A stretch of DNA of 64,000 bases, from NCBI GenBank assembly GCA_963796685.1, contig CAWCMR010000009.1:256001-320000 (forward strand), given 5' to 3'. Source of the DNA: an uncultured delta proteobacterium (lineage in GTDB: Bacteria > Myxococcota_A > Polyangia > Fen-1088). The notes under the pieces were generated by a model. It was not told the origin of the DNA. It ran no database searches and saw only the letters and a list, made by a program, of their open reading frames with translations. Shown here in pieces: positions 48,788 through 59,115 of this stretch; positions within the stretch are counted from its first letter, which is position 1, and the number at the start of each line of letters is the position of its first letter. A program made the translations under genes and the position numbers.

Positions 48788-49261
48788 ATGAATAAGATCG
48801 ATGTGGGCAAGAAAGCCCCCGCATTCACCTTGCAAGACGAGGACGGCGCCAAGGTGGCGCTCTCGAGCCTGGCCGGTCAGTGGGTCGTGCTCTATTTCTA
48901 TCCCAAGGACGACACCCCCGGGTGCACCGTGGAGGCCTGCGAGTTCACCGCCGGGCTCTCCCAATTCGAGAAGCTGGAAGCCACCGTGCTCGGCTGCAGC
49001 CGGGATACCCCCGAGAGCCACCGCCAGTTCATCGCCAAGCACAAGCTCAAGATCAAGCTGCTGTCCGATCCCGAGCACGAGGTCATGGAGAAGTACGGCG
49101 CCTGGGGTGAGAAGACCAACTACGGCAAGACCAGCATGGGCGTGATTCGCTCGACGGTCCTCATCGATCCCTCGGGCAAGGTCGCATACCACTGGCCCAC
49201 GGTAAAGGCGGCCGGGCACGCCGAGCAGGTGCGCGCCAAGCTGGCCGAGCTCGCCCATTGA
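48788..49261 (+). CDS. bcp: Peroxiredoxin Bcp/PrxQ
   Basis: YFYPKDDTPGCTVEAC, RSTVLID; AAGGAG RBS. Confidence 0.96.
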   Translation: MNKIDVGKKAPAFTLQDEDGAKVALSSLAGQWVVLYFYPKDDTPGCTVEACEFTAGLSQFEKLEATVLGCSRDTPESHRQFIAKHKLKIKLLSDPEHEVMEKYGAWGEKTNYGKTSMGVIRSTVLIDPSGKVAYHWPTVKAAGHAEQVRAKLAELAH

Positions 49262-49277
49262 GCACCAGGGCGGGTGG

Positions 49278-50405
49278 CTAATTGCAATAGCCGACGACGT
49301 AGGCGCCCGCGTATTCGGGCGGGCTCCACGTAAACTGGCAGGTGGTCCCGCTTGGACAGTCGCCGGCCGACAGACAGTAGCGCGTGCAGACCCCCGAGGT
49401 CGTGCAGTAGGAACCGGCGGGACAGTCGGCTTCTGCGGCGCAGGTCGACCCGGCTGCCAGCGGGCTCGCCTTGAAGCAATAGCTCACGCCACCCGTGTCG
49501 GAAGAGCAATTGAAACCGCTCGGGCAGGCGACAAGCGGGGCCGTGGGCGATTGTGGATGGGCGGGATCGCAGATCCGCTCGCACACCATGACCCCCAGGA
49601 TATCGGTCTTGTCGGATGACCACACTGTCTGGTCACAGCTCCTCACGCCGCCGATGGACGGGCAATCGCCGGTACTGCCGCAATAGCGCTTGCAGGTGCC
49701 GCCAAAACAGCCCAATCCGGCCTGACACGAGAGTCCTCCCGTGCAATCCGCCCCCTCGGCCAGGTTGTTGGCCGTGAAGCACGCCATAGATTGCGTGGTC
49801 GACGACGGATAGCAAACCTGGCCCGAGGCACATCCGCAGGATGGATAGGGGGTACAGTTTCCGCCCGCGGCGGGGGGGGTGCAACATTGCCCCGCGTAGC
49901 ATTGCTGGCCTGTCGAACAGGGGGTCGCGCAGGGGCTGATCGTGTCGCGACCCAGGGTATCGGGGGCGAGGTCGGCCGTGCGGACATCGCGGAGGACACT
50001 GGCGTCACGAATGACGCCGGCGTCGCCGATTCCGCCACCCCCGGTGCTGCCCCCGCTGCCCGCGACCCCCGTGGCGAGGCACGCGTCCCCATTGCAATCC
50101 GGGACGTACCCAGACGAAGCGCATATGACGTTGCCAGGGTGTTTGGCCGTCCCACAATAAGTCACCGTCGAGCAGGCCCCCGGCTGGGCCCAGCAGGTAT
50201 CGGATTGAGAACAATAGAAACCGCTGCCCGAGCCACAAGACAGAGTCTCGTTGTCGACGCAATAGTGGGTGGCGTTGGTTCCGTCGTCGGAGCAACTGTA
50301 GCCGCTCGGGCATTCTTTCTTGTCCGAGCACTGGGTCTTGCCGCTGGTGTAATTGGGGCCGCAGCCGGCGAGAACAACGAAAACGAAAAGTCGATCGTAT
50401 TTCAT
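49278..50405 (-). CDS. Cys-rich lipoprotein
   Basis: LAGC lipobox; dozens of Cys in CPSGY/CPAG modules; Gly linker. Confidence 0.85.
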   Translation of the reverse strand: MKYDRLFVFVVLAGCGPNYTSGKTQCSDKKECPSGYSCSDDGTNATHYCVDNETLSCGSGSGFYCSQSDTCWAQPGACSTVTYCGTAKHPGNVICASSGYVPDCNGDACLATGVAGSGGSTGGGGIGDAGVIRDASVLRDVRTADLAPDTLGRDTISPCATPCSTGQQCYAGQCCTPPAAGGNCTPYPSCGCASGQVCYPSSTTQSMACFTANNLAEGADCTGGLSCQAGLGCFGGTCKRYCGSTGDCPSIGGVRSCDQTVWSSDKTDILGVMVCERICDPAHPQSPTAPLVACPSGFNCSSDTGGVSYCFKASPLAAGSTCAAEADCPAGSYCTTSGVCTRYCLSAGDCPSGTTCQFTWSPPEYAGAYVVGYCN

Positions 50406-50418
50406 GGCAAGACCCCGA

Positions 50419-51678
50419 TTAGAAGCGTCCGCTCAAGGTCGCCCCGGCCACGCCTGGCCCAACCGCCGGCGCCAGCGCCACCGCGGACGAAGAGCTGCCA
50501 CCGGTGGCCCCCACGATGATGGCTGTCGTGAGCAGGGCGGCGCCCGAGCCGTAGCAAACCCATTGCAGGGTGGCGAATTGCTTTCCCTGCTTTTCGACCG
50601 TCGGATCGTATTTTTTCTGCACTTTCGAGAATCGGTCCAGGGCCAGCGCGGTGAAAACCCCACCCGTCACGATCCCGGCCCCGCCCAAGACTCCAAGAAT
50701 CCAGGCCGCGGCCCTCCGCCCGCCACCGCCGCTCGGGGCTGGATTGGATTGATTGGATTGCTTGGCAACCTGGGCAGGATAGCCCCCCTGGGGATAGCCT
50801 GACGGCTGGTAGGTGGGCGGGTAGCCTCCACCCGCGGGTGGAACCTGCGCGGTCGGATAGCCTGGCTGCCCGGGCTGCGGATACTGTTCCTGTGGATAGG
50901 TCGGCGACTGCGCCCCGTACTGCCCCGGTGGATAGGGCTGCGGCTGCGTCCCGTACTGCCCCGGTGGATAGGTCGGCGGCGGCTGCGCCCCGTACTGCCC
51001 CGGTGGATAGGCCGGCTGGGGCTGCGTCCCGTATTGCCCAGGCGTCGGGTTGGCATTTTCGGCGGTTTGTGCGGGCTGCTCCGCCGCGGGCATCGTGGGC
51101 GACGGAGCGGCGGGCACGGCGGGCTGGGCGGGCGCCGTGGCTGCAGGGGTCGGCACCGCCGGCGCGGGGATGGGCACTGGCACCGGCGGAAGGGCGGACG
51201 AGGGGCTCGGTTCCGGGGTCGCCGGAGGCGCCGCGGCCTGGTCACGCAGGCGTTCCATCTCGCCAATCCAACCCTCGACCTCGACGCAATCGTCCGGGGC
51301 CATGTCCTTCTTCCGATGCTCGTAGTCGCGCAAGTTCGAAAGCGCGGGCTCGTAGCGGCGGAGATAGTAATAGCAGGCACCCAAGTTGCGCACGAACACC
51401 AGCATGTCCGGGTAGGCCACGCTCAGCTTGAGGAAGATCTTGGCCGCGTTCTCGTAGTTGCCCTCCTTGTAGAAGCGCATCGCCGTCTTGGCATCGGACT
51501 TCGCATTCTTGTCCATCTCCGCTGCCGCGGCAGGCGCAGCCGTCAGCGGCAAGGTCGTCGTGAAACCAGCAACACAAGAGAGCAGCACGAGCACACGGGT
51601 GAAACCGGGCACTGTCCCCCGACACGCCCCGCGGGACTTCGAGAGAACCATCGGAAGCAACCTCAGTGAACGCGCCAT
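50419..51678 (-). CDS. TPR protein with Pro/Gln/Tyr repeat linker and hydrophobic C-terminal domain
   Basis: Signal-like segment; FYKEGNYENAA and NLGACYYYLRRYEPAL TPRs; YPPGQYG repeats; C-terminal LSGRF. Confidence 0.8.
   Translation of the reverse strand: MARSLRLLPMVLSKSRGACRGTVPGFTRVLVLLSCVAGFTTTLPLTAAPAAAAEMDKNAKSDAKTAMRFYKEGNYENAAKIFLKLSVAYPDMLVFVRNLGACYYYLRRYEPALSNLRDYEHRKKDMAPDDCVEVEGWIGEMERLRDQAAAPPATPEPSPSSALPPVPVPIPAPAVPTPAATAPAQPAVPAAPSPTMPAAEQPAQTAENANPTPGQYGTQPQPAYPPGQYGAQPPPTYPPGQYGTQPQPYPPGQYGAQSPTYPQEQYPQPGQPGYPTAQVPPAGGGYPPTYQPSGYPQGGYPAQVAKQSNQSNPAPSGGGGRRAAAWILGVLGGAGIVTGGVFTALALDRFSKVQKKYDPTVEKQGKQFATLQWVCYGSGAALLTTAIIVGATGGSSSSAVALAPAVGPGVAGATLSGRF
50880..51042 (-). repeat. 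Coding tandem repeat (36-39 bp) encoding YPPGQYG(A/T)Q
   Basis: TACTGCCCCGGTGGATAGG recurs three times with degenerate flanking copies. Confidence 0.85.
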
Positions 51679-53279
51679 TCGTCTTCCTCGTCGTGTTGTG
51701 TCCTGGGCGGTTTGCGCGCACCGCCGGGTCTTCGCGGCTCCCCGCGGGCCGCAGCGGGTTTCTTGCGCACCTCGGGCGCGGCAGGTTGCGTGCGATCGAG
51801 AGCCACGGATGTGGACGAATTCCCGTCGAGAGCAATCGCGACGGGTTTGTCCTCGTAGCCCGCCAAGCGCAGCGTCACGCCGACCGATCCCTTCCCCTGT
51901 GGATACGACTTCTGCAACGGCGTTATCCCCAACACGCTTTGGTCCTTCTGGTCGAGCACGCTGGCGCCGGAAGGCGAGCTTTGGACGCGCACGAGAACGG
52001 TCGCCGGGGGCTCGCCGGGCGCAGAGGGCGCGGCCCCTTTCTGGAGCGCAGGCTGCCCCATCGACGCCGACGCCGGGGACGGCCGGGCAGGCCGAAAAGC
52101 GAGAACGAGGGCTACCGCGGCGGCCACCCCGCCGAGCAGCAACAGCAACGGCCAGCGCCTTGGCTTGACCACGTCCAGCCCGAGGTCGCTATCGGACGGC
52201 AACGGCGAGCTGCGGGTTTCTCCGCTGGCGTGCGAAAGCGTTGTGATGGTCGGGCCGGGCACGGGCCCGGGCGTAAGTCCATTCCGGCTGGCGAAGCTTC
52301 CGACTGGACTCGGCGCGGGCGTGCCCTGATAACCGAAACCATGGGTGGAATAGATCGACTCTCTCGCTGAGCCGTCTGGTCCAGCCGCTTTCGCCGGAGG
52401 ACTACCCTGCGCGGTCAAGGCCGGATAGGTCCCGAGCAGGGCGCCGACGAAGTAGTCCACGCTGCCGTAACGCAATTCACGATCCTTGGCCAGCGCCCGC
52501 ATCACGGCCTGCTCGACGTAGTCCGGCAGATTGGGGATCTGCTGCCGCAAGGGCGGCGGCTCGGCCGTGATCTGCATGACCAGCATCTCGGTGGCCGACT
52601 TGGAGGCGAATGGGGGCACCCCGGCCAGCATCTCGTAGACCATGACGGCGAGCGAGTAGATGTCCGAGCGCAGATCCACGTCGGAGCTGTCGCGGCACTG
52701 CTCGGGCGACATATAGGCGGGGCTGCCCATGAGCAGACCGGCTTGCGTCTTCAGCGTCGAGTTTTGATCGTCCCGATGCTTGACCTTGGCGATGCCAAAA
52801 TCGAGCACCTTCATCCGGAAGCCCATGGGCATTCCTTCGTCGGGGATGAGAAATAGGTTCTCGGGTTTGAGGTCGCGGTGAACGATACCCGCGGCGTGCG
52901 CCGCAGCCAGCGCGGAGCCGGCCTGGCGCGTGATTTCCTGAACCGTGCGCAGCGGAATGCGGCCCCGGTCGAGGAGAACCTTCTGGAGGGAATCCCCCTC
53001 CAGGAACTCCATCAGAATGTAGGGCTCGCCCTCGGGCGTGACCCCGGCATCGAAGACCTCGATGATGTTGGGGTGGCGAATCGCGCTCGCCGCGCGTGCC
53101 TCGTTGAGAAAGCGCCGGACCAGCTCGGGATCCTGGACCATCCCGGTGTGCAGGACCTTGATCGCGGCCCGCCGCTGCAGGAAAGGGTTTTCCGCCTCGT
53201 AGACCTCGCCGAACCCGCCCTCGCCGAGAAGACGCACGACCTGAAAGTTTCCAAAGCTTTGTCCGGCTACCACGGCCAT
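51663..53279 (-). CDS. Hanks-type Ser/Thr kinase with TM and PEGA-like domain
   Basis: GEGGFGEV, AIK, HRDLKPEN, DFG, YMSPEQ; TM; VQSSPSGASV...GITP. Confidence 0.95.
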   Translation of the reverse strand: MAVVAGQSFGNFQVVRLLGEGGFGEVYEAENPFLQRRAAIKVLHTGMVQDPELVRRFLNEARAASAIRHPNIIEVFDAGVTPEGEPYILMEFLEGDSLQKVLLDRGRIPLRTVQEITRQAGSALAAAHAAGIVHRDLKPENLFLIPDEGMPMGFRMKVLDFGIAKVKHRDDQNSTLKTQAGLLMGSPAYMSPEQCRDSSDVDLRSDIYSLAVMVYEMLAGVPPFASKSATEMLVMQITAEPPPLRQQIPNLPDYVEQAVMRALAKDRELRYGSVDYFVGALLGTYPALTAQGSPPAKAAGPDGSARESIYSTHGFGYQGTPAPSPVGSFASRNGLTPGPVPGPTITTLSHASGETRSSPLPSDSDLGLDVVKPRRWPLLLLLGGVAAAVALVLAFRPARPSPASASMGQPALQKGAAPSAPGEPPATVLVRVQSSPSGASVLDQKDQSVLGITPLQKSYPQGKGSVGVTLRLAGYEDKPVAIALDGNSSTSVALDRTQPAAPEVRKKPAAARGEPRRPGGARKPPRTQHDEEDEWRVH

Positions 53280-53429
53280 GCAAACGAGTCCTATAGAGAG
53301 CGATACTACGACAAGCCCAAGAATTCCGCTGCGCATTCGACACACTGGGAGACGCTCCCAGGTCGAGAGCACAACGCGCTCCACCTCTCCAGGTCGCGCA
53401 CACGGTCAGACAGGTTGCCCAATCATGTG

Positions 53430-53458
53430 TTGCACATCACAAAAGCACCGCTGATAAT
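53430..53458 (+). promoter_or_regulatory. Putative sigma-70 promoter overlapped by a near-palindrome
   Basis: TTGCAC-17 nt-GATAAT ending 11 nt before GTG 53470; ATGTG-TTG-CACAT at 53425-53437. Confidence 0.4.
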
Positions 53459-53469
53459 GCGGGTTTAGC

Positions 53470-54951
53470 GTGATTGGGACGAGCATCGGGAACTACCAGA
53501 TCCAGCGCCTCATCGGAGAAGGGGGGATGGGGAAGGTCTACCTTGCGGAGCATCCGGGTATTGGCCGGCTGGCCGCGGTCAAGGTGCTCACGCCGAGCGA
53601 TGCCGCGGACCCGCAGATCGTCAGCCGTTTCATCACCGAGGCGCGCGCGGCCAACGCCATCCGACACCCCAACATCGTGGACATCTACGATTCGGGCGTG
53701 CTCGAAGGTGGCACGCCCTACATCGTGATGGAGTTCCTGGACGGCGAACCCCTCACCAGCGCGCTGGCGCGAGGTCTGCTGCCACTGGAAGATGCCATCG
53801 ATTGGGGTTGCCAGATCGCCGAGGCGCTGGCCGCCGCACACGCGCACGAGGTGGTGCACCGCGATCTCAAACCCGACAACCTGATCTTGGTGGCGGATCC
53901 CCGCCGCCTGGGCAAAAAGCAGGTCAAGGTCCTGGACTTCGGCATCGCCAAGCTGCAGGGCCGATCCCTCGATCAGGTGCACAAGACGCGCACCGGCTCG
54001 CTCCTGGGAACGCCGCTTTACATGTCCCCCGAGCAGTGCATGAGTCAGAAAGACATCGACGCACGCACCGACATCTACTCGCTCGGGGTGATCCTCTACG
54101 AAATGGTCACGGGCCGGCGCCCCTTCGACAGCGATGGCGTCTACGCGGTCATCAGCATGCATGTCAACGAGCCGCCGGTGTCGCCCACCACCTATCGCCC
54201 GGATCTTCCGCGTGACCTGGACGCGATCATCATGCAAGCGCTGGCCAAGGCGCCCGCCGATCGCCAGGCATCCATGGCCGTCCTGCTCTCGCGGTTGGAG
54301 CTCACGCGAGGCAACGCAGCGGCCAGCAGCGAGGCACTGGCGCGCGCGCACCATGAACGGTTGCGGCCGGTTCCCCTGTCGCCCACACAACCGGCGACCG
54401 TGCCCGAGATCAAGACCCTGGGCGACACCGCCGTTTCCAAGCAGGTGACCGGCAAGACCGCACAAACCCGCGGCCCGGCAAGAACGCGCTTTGTCCTCGC
54501 GGGAGTGGCGGTTGCCGCGCTGCTGGGCATCTATGCGTTCGGTCCAACGACACGGAAACCCGGCTCCGCCGGGCATAGCCCGGCTTCGCCCCAAGTCCCG
54601 GTTGCCATTCCATCACCGGTGCCACCGCCGCCTCGCGCAGCACCCGCCCCCATCGAGATCGCTCTTCACAGCGTGCCTACCGGCGCCAACGTCTACGTGG
54701 GTGACGTTCTGGTCGGCACCACACCGACCGCGTTCAAGACGACCAAGACCGACGACCCCGTCGAGTTCACCTTTCGCGCGCAAGGTTTCAAGCCTGAGAA
54801 GATTCGAGCTTTGCCGACCCAAGGTCTGACCGTCGACGCCAAGCTCTCCACCGCGGAGTCGACCAAGCCTTCATCCCTCTCCCCCGCAACGCGCAAGCAC
54901 GCCGCGGCCACGCACAGCGGTGCATCGAGCGACATCCAAACCGAGCGCTAG
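53470..54951 (+). CDS. Hanks-type Ser/Thr kinase with TM and PEGA-like domain
   Basis: GEGGMGKV, AVK, HRDLKPDN, DFG, YMSPEQ; TM; HSVPTGANVYV...GTTP. Confidence 0.95.
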   Translation: MIGTSIGNYQIQRLIGEGGMGKVYLAEHPGIGRLAAVKVLTPSDAADPQIVSRFITEARAANAIRHPNIVDIYDSGVLEGGTPYIVMEFLDGEPLTSALARGLLPLEDAIDWGCQIAEALAAAHAHEVVHRDLKPDNLILVADPRRLGKKQVKVLDFGIAKLQGRSLDQVHKTRTGSLLGTPLYMSPEQCMSQKDIDARTDIYSLGVILYEMVTGRRPFDSDGVYAVISMHVNEPPVSPTTYRPDLPRDLDAIIMQALAKAPADRQASMAVLLSRLELTRGNAAASSEALARAHHERLRPVPLSPTQPATVPEIKTLGDTAVSKQVTGKTAQTRGPARTRFVLAGVAVAALLGIYAFGPTTRKPGSAGHSPASPQVPVAIPSPVPPPPRAAPAPIEIALHSVPTGANVYVGDVLVGTTPTAFKTTKTDDPVEFTFRAQGFKPEKIRALPTQGLTVDAKLSTAESTKPSSLSPATRKHAAATHSGASSDIQTER

Positions 54952-54962
54952 ACCCGCCAGCC

Positions 54963-57876
54963 ATGCACAGAGCGCTCTCGAGCTCGCTCGATCGCCTTCG
55001 TCTTCGCCTGGTCCCTGACGGCCCTGGCCGCGGAGCCGATATCGGCACCGCCGCTCGCCGGGCAAGCGGACGAAGCCCAGTTCCACTTTCTGCGTGGCAA
55101 CCGAGCCTACCAGGAGAAGCGCTTCGAGGACGCGCTGGCCTCCTATTATCTCTCCAACCGTTTGGTGTCCAATCGCAACGTCGAGTTCAACATCGCCCGA
55201 TGTCTCGACCGTCTTGGCCGCTACGACGAGGCCTTTCGTGCCTGGTCTTCCCTTCTCGATCAGGCGCTGCCCGACAAGGAGCAAAAGGCCGCCCAACAAG
55301 CCATCGAGCAGTTGCGGCCCCACCTGGCCCTCGTGGAGATAGAGACCACGCCGCCCGGTGCGACGATCTACGCCGGCCGACGCGATCTCGGCGCGCTCGG
55401 CACCACGCCCAAGAAACTGGCCCTGCGCCCTGGGCCGACCAAGATCATCCTGGAACGCGAAGGATATCGCCCCGTGGAGCTCCCGGCCGAGCCGATGCAG
55501 AGCAAACAGATCAAGCTCTCGGTCGTGCTCGAGCGCATCTACGGCGCAGTCGAGATCCGGCGCGTGCCGGCCTCGGCCAGCATCCGGCGCGACTTCGTCG
55601 ACGGCGAGCTGCTGCGCCAAGGCCCGGGAACCATCAGGGCTTTGCCCGGCCCGCTCGTGCTCTTCGTGTCCGCGCCGGGGTACCAGACCGAGCGTCTGCC
55701 GGTGAACGTGTTGCCAGGGGCTACCGTGCCCGTCGACGTGCTGATGTCGCCGGCCGTGGCCCCCACCGGCATCCTAGTCGTGCGCTCCAACATCACGGGC
55801 GCCCTCATTCGCGTCGACGGCAAGGAAGCCGGGTTCTCCCCGGCTGTCATCGATGGCGTCGCCACGGGCGCGCGCGCCGTGGAGGTCTTGGCGGAATCGC
55901 GGCAAACCTTTCACGCCGCCGTCGAGGTGAAGAAGGGCGAGCGTGCCTTCGTCGACGCCTACCTGGGCCACGCCGATCCCGAGGTCACGGCGGCGACCAA
56001 GTCCGCCGTCGCATCCGAATCGGCGCCCGCCTCGGTCAGCATCGTCACCGCCGACGAGATCGCGGCCTTCGGCTACACCACGCTGACCGAGGCGCTGACC
56101 GCCATTCGCGGCACCTTCACCTCGAACGATCGCAGCTACGAATCGGTCGGCTTTCGCGGATTTTCGCCCCCCGGCGACTACACCAATCGCGTGCTCGTGC
56201 TCGTGGACGGGCACCCCATCAACGACGCCGTCACCGGCCAAGGCTACGTCGGGCACGATTTCGACGTGGACCTGGCCAACGTGGCACGCATCGAGATCGT
56301 GCGCGGTCCGGGCTCGGTTCTCTACGGAACCGGCGCGCTCTTCGGCGTCATCAACGTGGTCACGCGACAGGCGACGGAAGGCGCGCACGCTTCCGCCAAC
56401 ACGATGACCGGCACCATGGGGCTGGTCTCGGGACGCGCGACCGGCAGTGCCCGCAAAGGCGACGCCGAGCTGATGCTCAGCCTGGCCGGCATGGAGTCCG
56501 ACGGAGACCACCGCTATGTTTGGCCCGCCTCGCAGACCCGGAGCGCCCCGGTCTGGGCCGCCCCGCAAACCGGGGGCATGCCGATCACGGTGCTCGGGGC
56601 AGACGGCGAGTGGGCGGCCCATGCCGACCTCGTCGGCCGCTTGGGGCCGCTGTCCCTGCGCGCCGGCTACAATGACAGAAAGAAATATTTGCCCACCGGC
56701 GCCTACGACACGCAGCCGGTCTACGGAACCTACAACCACGACCGCCGCGGCTACGCGGAGTTGCTCTTCGAGCGTGGGATCCGCGGCGTGCAAGTCGCGG
56801 CCCGCGCGGCCTACGATTTCAGTTGGTACCACGGCAACTTCATCAACGTCGATCCGACGGCTCTGCCTTACGAGAACCTCAAGGCACAATGGGTCACCGG
56901 CGAGCTGCGCCTGGGGCTGCCGCGGTTCCTTCGCCAGAATGTCACCATCGGCGCCGAAATCGTCCGGCAATTGCAGATGCGGGCCGATGAGCCCTTCGAC
57001 GGCTACCCCGCCATCGGCCCGGACTTCATCGTCTCCGTCTACCTGGTCGACGACATCCACGTGTCGAAACGCCTGAACGCCAACCTCGGCTTGCGCCTCG
57101 ACGACTACACCAAGAGCTTCGGCACCTCGTTCAATCCACGCTTTGCCATCGTCGGAAAGCCCTACCAGCGCGGCAACACGAAGCTGTTCTTCGGCAGCTC
57201 CTTTCGCATTCCCTCGCCCAACGAACGCGCCAACAACCCTACCCAAAGTCTGCGCCCGGAAGGTATCTGGAGCGGCGAGCTCGAACACTCCCACGCAGTA
57301 AACGACGACGTGCACGTGGTGGGCGCCGCGTTCGCCAATTGGCTGAACGATCTGGTCACGCTGGTCCCCGACCGGGTGAACGGCGGCTCCTATTACATCA
57401 ACGACGCCAACCGCATCCGCAGCGTGGGTGTGGAGGGGGAAGTGCGCTGGGAGCCCGGCGGCGGAACCCTGCTCTCGTTGTCCATCACCCGCCAGAGGGT
57501 GGAGGAAATGACCCCAGAAGGAAACGTGCCCTATCTCAACGCCCCCCAGACCTTGGTCAAAGCTCGGGTCCTCTTTCCGCTAGTCGGAGCGGCGCTTCGC
57601 ATGGGCAACGAAATGGTGCTGGATTCGGGCCGACACTTCCGCCAGACCGATCCGACCCAACTTCCATCCGACAACCAAATCGACGACGCCGTGCTGTGGA
57701 ACGTGAGCTTCTCCGGCGAATACCGTGCGTACCACCTGCGCTACTACGCTGGCGTCTTCAACCTGCTGGACGTACGCGACGCACGCGCGGGCTTTCCCAC
57801 CAGCGTGGACTACCCGCCCGACCTGATTCCGCGCTATGGGCGCTCCATGCGCGCCGGATTGACCCTGGCCTACTAG
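54963..57876 (+). CDS. TonB-dependent receptor with N-terminal TPR and PEGA domains (frameshift near 54975-54990)
   Basis: Frame of 55162 extends upstream as IAFVFAWSLTALAAEP...DEAQFHFLRGNRAY; PEGA (ETTPPGATIY, GALIRVDG); plug (SAPASVSIVTADEI, RIEIVRGPGSVLYG, GVINVVT); end FNLLD...GRSMRAGLTLAY. Confidence 0.88.
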
Positions 57877-57877
57877 A

Positions 57878-58672
57878 CTAATTGTTGGGCATCCCGGCGT
57901 TGCACCAAGCCTGGAACATCTGCTTGTCGGCCGTCGAGAGAGCGGCCCCGGAGATGGGCATGAGGCCGCTCTGGATGGCGCTGTTGGCGGCGTTGGCATT
58001 GGCTTTCACCTTGGCGTAGGTGGAGCAGATCGATGCCGCCGTTGGCGTTCGATGAGCTATGGCAGCTTGTGCACGCGGCCTTGAGCATGGGGGCGATCTG
58101 CGTGGAATAGCTCACCGTGGCGGTGGCATCGCCGCCGCCGACCTCCGGGCCGAACCCCGCATCTCTCCGGCCGGAGCTGCCCCCCGAACCGCTTGCACCG
58201 CCGGTGCCCGTGGAACCGCCGGAGCCAGAGCTGCCACCACGGCCGGTGTTGCCGCCGGTCGCGACCGAGCTTCCCCCGGACCCAGCCGCACCGCCACTTC
58301 CGCCCGACCCGCCGCCAAAGCCACCAGTGCTGCCACGGCCGTGCCCCCGCAGTGCCCCCCGGAGGCGCTACTCCCTCCGGTTCCATGCGATCCGCCCGCG
58401 CTTGGGTTTCCACCGTTGCCCCCGAAACCTCCCGCCCCTGCGCTTCCCCCTGGGCCGCCGACGCTGCCCGAGCCGCTCGTACCCGCGCTGCCACCGAAAC
58501 CGCTACTGCCCAAGTCCCCGCCGTCGCCAGCGCCACCGTTGGCGCTTCCACCTGAACCATTCCCGCCCAATTGGTCGTAAATCGGCGAGGATGGAATGTT
58601 GTTGTTGCAAGCCGGGGTCACCATGGCCACCAGCCACAGCACGGCCAGAAAGGGGATAGCGCTTCTCGTCAT
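57878..58672 (-). CDS. Lipoprotein with long Gly/Ser linker and C-terminal monoheme cytochrome c (frameshifted)
   Basis: MTRSAIPFLAVLWLVAMVTPAC; Gly-rich tract; VSYSTQIAPMLKAACTSCH...GGIDL then, in another frame, TYAKVKANANAANSAIQSGLMP...FQAWCNAGMPNN-stop. Confidence 0.72.
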
Positions 58673-59115
58673 AGCTACTCTCTCCTTCGCATCGATGCAG
58701 GCGTCCTCGGTGATTACGGAACGTGCCGGTTCCCAAGTGATTGGGTTGGGCTTCATATTGGATGTCATTCCTCGCCGTTAGATGCGACTGGCTCGCCTTC
58801 GCCGCCAAAATTCCGACCTAGTCACTCCTATTTTGACGTGGTGACCGTCCTCACCTCGTGCCGCCTCACGCGTAGGCTTGAAGCCGTCCGAGCCTGCGCC
58901 ACCGGCCACAGTGAGGAAATCGTCCGGCAGCGCGCTGCGACAATTTAACATTCCATGTGCGCTGAAAAACACTACAAGGCACTCGATCACAAGTATTACC
59001 AACCCATGATTGTAATTTAGGGTACACTGGATACATCTCGATCTACTGTCCGAGTAGTCTAAGGACAACTGGTCGATTGCCGAAGTGTCAGCTCGGTCAG
59101 CCGGAGGAGGAGGCT

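Noticed and set aside
50880-51042. Regularly spaced 19-bp repeats resembling a mini-CRISPR
   Set aside because: In-frame coding repeats (YPPGQYG); spacers are similar to one another; no cas genes.
54949-54991. Kinase TAG is in frame with the TonB receptor: possible readthrough fusion
   Set aside because: An ATG at 54963 and a signal peptide follow, so a 1-bp indel is simpler; an inner-membrane kinase fused to an outer-membrane barrel is topologically implausible.
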